The notes under the pieces: generated by a model
Seen by the model: the letters and a program-made list of their open reading frames with translations, nothing else
What the model was told of the DNA's origin: nothing
Databases searched by the model: none
Made by a program: the position numbers and the translations under genes
Shown here: positions 48,494 to 53,974 of the stretch, in pieces
How positions within the stretch are numbered: position 1 is the first letter of the stretch
Layout: each line of letters starts with the position of its first letter
NCBI GenBank assembly: GCA_050230475.1
Contig: JBFLGF010000181.1
Location: forward strand, 1-53,974
Origin: Ancylonema sp.
Taxonomy: Eukaryota
Length of the DNA stretch: 53,974 bases
Direction: 5' to 3'

Positions 48494-51152
48494 TGTTCCT
48501 TCTTAGGTGATGTGAGCTTTTGTCGTTATATCGATTTATGAGATCTCTTCAGTTTAAGTTCTAGTTTGTCGTTATTCAGCAAAAGCCGGCCGAACTTGTA
48601 AATAATGATTGTGTTGGCAAGTTCTAGCCATCAGGCACAAGTGTTGATAAGATTAGATGATGTGGCGGAATACTCAGTTGCGATTGGTGTTGAATTAAGT
48701 AGTGTCGATATCAATAAATCTTTGACGTTCGATCGGTTGTACTAGGTGTGGACTTGCACACAATTCTTTAATCAATACTTTCTACTTCAAGCTCGCACTT
48801 GTTGTGTCGACGCTTGTAATGACGTGATCCTTTTGATTCAAAGAGATTATGAGAAGTAAACTATATTTTTGCATCGATGGCAGAAGAAAGTTATCACAGT
48901 GGTATTAGAACAAGGTAGTGCGCTCTAGACGGAGACAACGTTACCTTTCAAGCATGGAGATCTAAGGCCTCAACAACTCTTGATGATGCCGAGTGCCTTG
49001 AGATCTGCAAAGGAATAGAGACAATATCAAATGAAGTTATAGCCAGTATGATGATGAAAATTGGGTGACAAATGAAGCAGAGATGAATCAGTATACAGTA
49101 GATGTCAAAAACTTTCGCAAAATATAAAAGTAGGCAGTTATGTTGTTGATGCAACTTGTCAGTGATGACATCGCAACAGCTCTTGAAAAAATTGAGCGAG
49201 ATCCAAAGGCAATGTGGGACTACCTGACAAAGGAGTATGATAATGTGACGCCAGAACCTCGACAATTTGCAAAAGAAAATATGAAATATTTCAAAGTCGA
49301 TGAGAAGATGCCATTCCGAGACACAAAGAATATTTTTTTGTCGATTTTGTGAGAGTGTGTACATCGAAAATTCGCAGTCACTCCAATTAATCAGGTAATG
49401 GCGTTGTTCGCCGGTATGTCAAGGACAAAGTACGGAATGCTTAAAAAGTTATACTATGGGCAGAAAGACGCACCTGGAATCTAAAGGCAAAAAAGGCAGT
49501 CAAAGATGTTGAGGCGCTAGTGGTTGAGGCTAACTATGCTTAGTGGGCAGCTCGACAAAACCTTTCAAATCGAGGCGGAGGTGGTGGCATCGATAAGCGA
49601 GGAGGCAGGGGAACATGGAGGGGATATTCAAGGGATAACCGTGGAAGCACAGGTGGACGTGGTAGCACTGGATTTGGTGGAGGGCATTCTTGCTATATTT
49701 GTGGAGAGACAGGTCACTATAGTAGAGACTGTTCCAGAAAAGACGATGAATGCAAATATTGTGGAGCAATCGGTCATGTAGAATTCACATGTTTCGACGA
49801 GAAGAACGATGCTCCACGCATGCAAAGAAAAGGGGTGCGAACACGGCGAAAAGTTGCATTTGTTGGTGAAGTCGATGACGATGACAGTTGTGGCCATGGG
49901 GAAGCTGGGATCTACGAGGGAAACGTAGCAGACCACGATGATGAAGAAAAATATTTTCTCATCGTCGATGGTTCCAGTCACCACATCAGTGGGCTCAAAA
50001 GCCATTTCAAAACTCTCGAAGTCATCATGCATCATCTGGTCGGAAGTGTGCGCGTGAAGTAGTGGGGGACAATTGAGTTGAACACTAAGGGAGAATGTGG
50101 AGGTGTAACGCTCAAGAAGTGTCTGTACATTCTTGGCATGCGCATAAATCAGCGGTCAGAAAGAAAGAGAAGATCAATGGTCGTACACTTGCAGTGGAAA
50201 AGCAAGTGGCATTATTCCAGTCTACAACAAATCTGGGCATCAAGTGTGTACTGTGTTAGAAACAACGACAAGTCGAAAAACTATGATTTGCACTCCGGTT
50301 CGACATCAGCGGCAAATCGAGGGAGAAGACGATGTAACAGCTATCGAAATCAATCTCTTGCACACCACACTCGGGCATGCAAATTAGAGAGTGCTCAACA
50401 ATTTGGCATGAAATAATCTCGTAAGAGGACCGGAGGGAGGCATTTCAAGACATCTGCAAAATTGTGAAGGGTGCAAGCTGGGAAAGGCGCACGACAAACC
50501 TCACCCTCGTCGAGAAGTTGGTGCAAGAGAGCAAGTGTGCTTGGGAAGAGTGTCGGTGGACTTGGCAGGGCCATTCAATTCGGCATCGATAGGGGGTGGA
50601 GTGTACAACATGGTGATCGTCGATGAATCCAGCCGCAAATCTTGGGTAGAAATCCTTCGAAGCAAAGATGATGCAGCTCCTCGTCTCAAGCAGTGGATCG
50701 CAATATGGGAACGGCAAGCTAGAAAACGTGTCAAAAATCTTCGTTTAGATCGAGGAGGAGAATTCATCGATGGAGACCTCCAAAAATGGCTCAAAAACAG
50801 GGGCAACAGGCATGAGACAACTCCCCTAAATACTCCTCAAGGCAATGCTATCACAGAGCGCATGAATCGCACGCTGCAAGAAAGAGCTCGGTCTATGGTT
50901 CTGCACATGCAACTTCCTCTTGGTCCATTGGCAGAAGCTATTTCTTTAGCTTCGTATCTTAGAAATCGATGCCAAGTCAACGGTCTTCCAAAAACACTAG
51001 AGAAGATGTGGTCCATCGAAAATCCAAAAGTTGATCACCTTCGTTCCTTTGCCTGCAAAGTGTATGTGCGATTAGAGAAGCAAGAGTGCATAGGTAAAAT
51101 GGGAGCACTTGCCTGGATTGGGGTGTTGGTTGGGTGGAACTCAGAAAGTCCT
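48494..51152 (+). mobile_element. Degenerate copia family A: 5' LTR 48494-48898, PBS 48900-48911, gag-PR-IN, interrupted by a family C LTR
   Basis: PBS tggtattagaac; CYICGETGHYSRDC; integrase ORF from 50535 with VDLAGP, IVDESSRKSW, LRLDRGGEF, TPQGNAITERMNRTL. Confidence 0.92.
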
Positions 51153-52273
51153 TGTCATGTCGCTAGAGGTTGCAAAGGAGAAACCCCCTCTGAATTGATC
51201 ATAAAATCCTCTAGATTAATACTCCTCTATAACGAGAGTATTCAATACCACGAAATCTAGAGGTACTACTTCGGAAGAAAATAGTGAAGTACGATATTTT
51301 GTACGACTCGAAAATAACGCGTGGCGTATTTTCCGAAGTCTGGAGTTCAGCAGCTCATCAAATAGCTGCGTGTCGATTTATGTAACTCAACAAGTCACAC
51401 GATAATCCCGGAGATAAAATCCAGCCGTAGAATTAGAGTTAATATCTCGCGCCGTTTTCATCGTAGCGTCGAGATTTTTTTTAACGTTATAGAAAACCAG
51501 CCTGTCGTAATCTTCGATATACTAACTCTAGTTAACTCTGCCGGTTAGCACCGCGCAACAACTTTGATAAAGATAATTGTAATTTCATATCTGCAAGCTT
51601 CCGCGGTCAGATTGCGTTGTTGAAAAATCTCCCCACCATTCTTGTGTACTCTGAATCCTTGCGATTCTGTGTATTTGCATCCCTTCGCTTACGCAACTTC
51701 GCATTGTGCTCATTTGTGTCTCATCTGGACATCCGTCAGCCAGACTGTAAGTTGTCCAAATTGTCATTTGCAACTTTTGTGTGTGTTTAATTTATTTGAA
51801 TCTGTTGCTGAAGACTTTTCTGAGCCAGCCGTGTAATCGAGTGTAATTTCTTGCATTGATTCGTTGACGCTCTCTCTAAGCCAACACGTGTGTGTGTGTG
51901 AATTCTATCGATTTGTTGACGTTCGCTCCGAACTAGCGCTTTAATTGTTTTAGTGTTGTGTCTGTTGTTGCTCGCACCAAGTCAGCAATTGTTGTTTACA
52001 CCTATCTGATGACGCTCTTACTGAGCCAACATCTTTTATCGATACGCCATCGATACTTTGTTTTCGCACCGAAAGTAACTCTTACGGTTGTTGACCCAAG
52101 TAGTCTCCTTCCAGACTGTTATGTTTGTGCTATAGTATTTTCCACGACTTTAGTGATGTAGTACATATGTCAGCTTGCCCTCACCGAGAAGTAGTAAATT
52201 TCACCAGACCGTTGAGACGTGTGATAGATATAATATTGACATCTCAGCAAAGACTCAATCTGCAATACTACTT
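51153..52273. mobile_element. Truncated family C LTR-like repeat inserted into the copia integrase
   Basis: Starts tgtcatgt where the integrase homology ends; colinear with 20017-21076. Confidence 0.75.
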
Positions 52274-52489
52274 CAATCCGACAACGGAAGACCTTGAATT
52301 TTCAACAATTTAAAATCACATTGAGGTAACCTAACCACGATTTTTTTTAAAACTACCCTTTTAACTATCTGTAATTTTCAATGTACTCTTCCACGCAAGA
52401 GTAGTGTATGCAGTGGTCACGGGATAGTAGAGGACGATTGACCAAACTGGAGACAACTAAACCTGCGGAAATTTTAGACTCACCATGTG

Positions 52490-53974
52490 TGTAACGGAGT
52501 GACGTGTGCACTTGTGCATTACTCTTGTTTTGTCGATAATTAAGTTAATTATCGTTTGTGCCTATAAGCAGAGTTGCTTATAGAGAGGGACACCGGCCTC
52601 GGGCCTGCGCCCTGACCAAGTATTATTAATACTTGGCGCAAGGTTGCGCCAATTAATACTTGTTTAATATGAGATATTACCGTCCCCGCGTGGAGCCGGT
52701 AACTGTCTATTATTTCGACGGGTCCTTTGACGGGTCAAAGTCCCCGTCCGTTCGTACGGATTCAGCCGTAACATGACGCAAGTCAATGTCGTTTACGGTA
52801 TTCCATCCCGCATCGACAGAGTCGTAGAGCTCTTCCGTGGCCTCGGCGAACCGCTGTCAGCTGAGGTGCGATTCACCCTCAGCTCAACATGAGCTTGTGC
52901 ACGATTCGATCGTGAGCTCCGCCTTCAAACATACACGCCGCAGCCTGCAGAGAATAACTAATTCACTAGTGAACAAGCTCTAGCTGGTGCAGACTGCGGA
53001 CACAGCGTGTCGATTACGTTCGAGTCGTATGTGTTTGTTATTTTGCCAATATCGTTATTTATATTGCCCTGTGGCGATATATTACATCGGTACCAGAGCA
53101 GGATTTGGATCGTGGCAGATTCTTCGGCACTATAGCATTGTGCATGAGTTTTGAAGCAGCTCTCGTCGCATTTATCAAAACATATCAAGAAATCTTTTTG
53201 AATGTGCCAGCTACGAATGCGCCCCGCGGACAGACGACATCCGCCCCTTCAGTAATTGAGACTGTAGCGGGATCAGCAATGCATTCGGTTGTTCAGCAGG
53301 CTGCATTTACTTCGCCAAGGCAATCTCCAGTGCCGATGGTCAGCGGATCCCCGATAGGAGGTACTCCCACACGACCAGCGCCTGTCATAGTTCCCGCCCC
53401 GCGAAATTTCACTGCAGGAAATTTTCGCCCCGCTCGCCAGCCCGCCCACGCTGCAGTCGTCCAGCCGGCAATTCCTGCTGCTGCCTCTGCTCACGGCGTA
53501 GGCGCTCCGATCGATGCGGTTGGCGGTCTCCGAACGTACCACGAGAATCGTGGGAAGCTCTCCAACGAAGAGGAGCTGCTGCGTCAAGCCGAGAAGGCGC
53601 TTCAAGATCAACGCGACAAGGTCGTTGGGCTCGCTGTGCAGCTCAATGTACAGCGGCGCGAATTGGGGCAAGCTGAAATCCGCCTTGCCACAGTTGAGAC
53701 TGCACAAATCCTCTGCGAGCGTCTTATAACTCGGGGACGTTCGAAATTGCTGCTGTCTGAGGGATCGAAGCAAGATCGGGACTTGTACTTCAAAGCACTG
53801 ACGAATTTCGTTGCGCTTCCCATGTGGGATGCGAACGGGAAAGTCCAATTTCGTGATTTGTTTAAGCTTTTGAGTGATTAGACATGCAGGCTGATTTGGT
53901 GGGCGACAAAACGAACCGTACGCAAAAGGATCTCTATCACTGATGATCAACGAGACAGAAGTTGCGTGTGTGGA
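52490..53974 (+). mobile_element. Chromovirus-family 5' LTR (52490-53086), PBS-like 53088-53099 and start of internal region
   Basis: tgtaac...ttaca; highly similar to the reverse complement of 42508-43108; PBS cggtaccagagc is a tRNA-iMet-like match. Confidence 0.88.
53144..53881 (+). CDS. First (gag-position) ORF of the gypsy element; Pro/Ala-rich then coiled-coil-like
   Basis: 245-codon ORF starting 45 nt after the PBS; no recognisable catalytic motif. Confidence 0.5.
   Translation: MSFEAALVAFIKTYQEIFLNVPATNAPRGQTTSAPSVIETVAGSAMHSVVQQAAFTSPRQSPVPMVSGSPIGGTPTRPAPVIVPAPRNFTAGNFRPARQPAHAAVVQPAIPAAASAHGVGAPIDAVGGLRTYHENRGKLSNEEELLRQAEKALQDQRDKVVGLAVQLNVQRRELGQAEIRLATVETAQILCERLITRGRSKLLLSEGSKQDRDLYFKALTNFVALPMWDANGKVQFRDLFKLLSD

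Noticed and set aside
42503..52489. The two chromovirus LTRs as ends of one rearranged element (flanks aggtg and atgtg, 4/5 match)
   Set aside because: Orientation and order would need multiple rearrangements, and a 4/5 match can arise by chance.

Overview
Eukaryotic, intron-rich genomic DNA from a green-lineage organism. A streptophyte alga is most likely; this is inferred from plant-type gene sequences, many short introns and a histone 3' stem-loop. Four intact spliced genes can be rebuilt exon by exon: a TMEM42-like membrane protein (-), canonical histone H2A (+), a plastid YciO-type YrdC-domain protein (-) and a plastid FNR-like (FNRL/pKIWI502-type) oxidoreductase (-). The rest is mostly decayed, nested transposons: three Ty1/copia families, Ty3/gypsy pieces including a chromovirus, solo LTRs, and hAT and Tc1/mariner MITEs. 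There are also scrambled sugar-transporter (STP) pseudogene fragments and a decayed DUF4470/MYND-family-like gene. Most notable: (1) the intron-containing, plant-type H2A carries a replication-dependent histone stem-loop, a 3'-processing signal that land plants lack; (2) the decayed host gene runs in frame into a copia RNase H C-terminus, PPT and LTR start; (3) one copia family has its gag start codon inside the LTR and reads through the PBS. All family assignments come from motif recognition by eye, not database searches.
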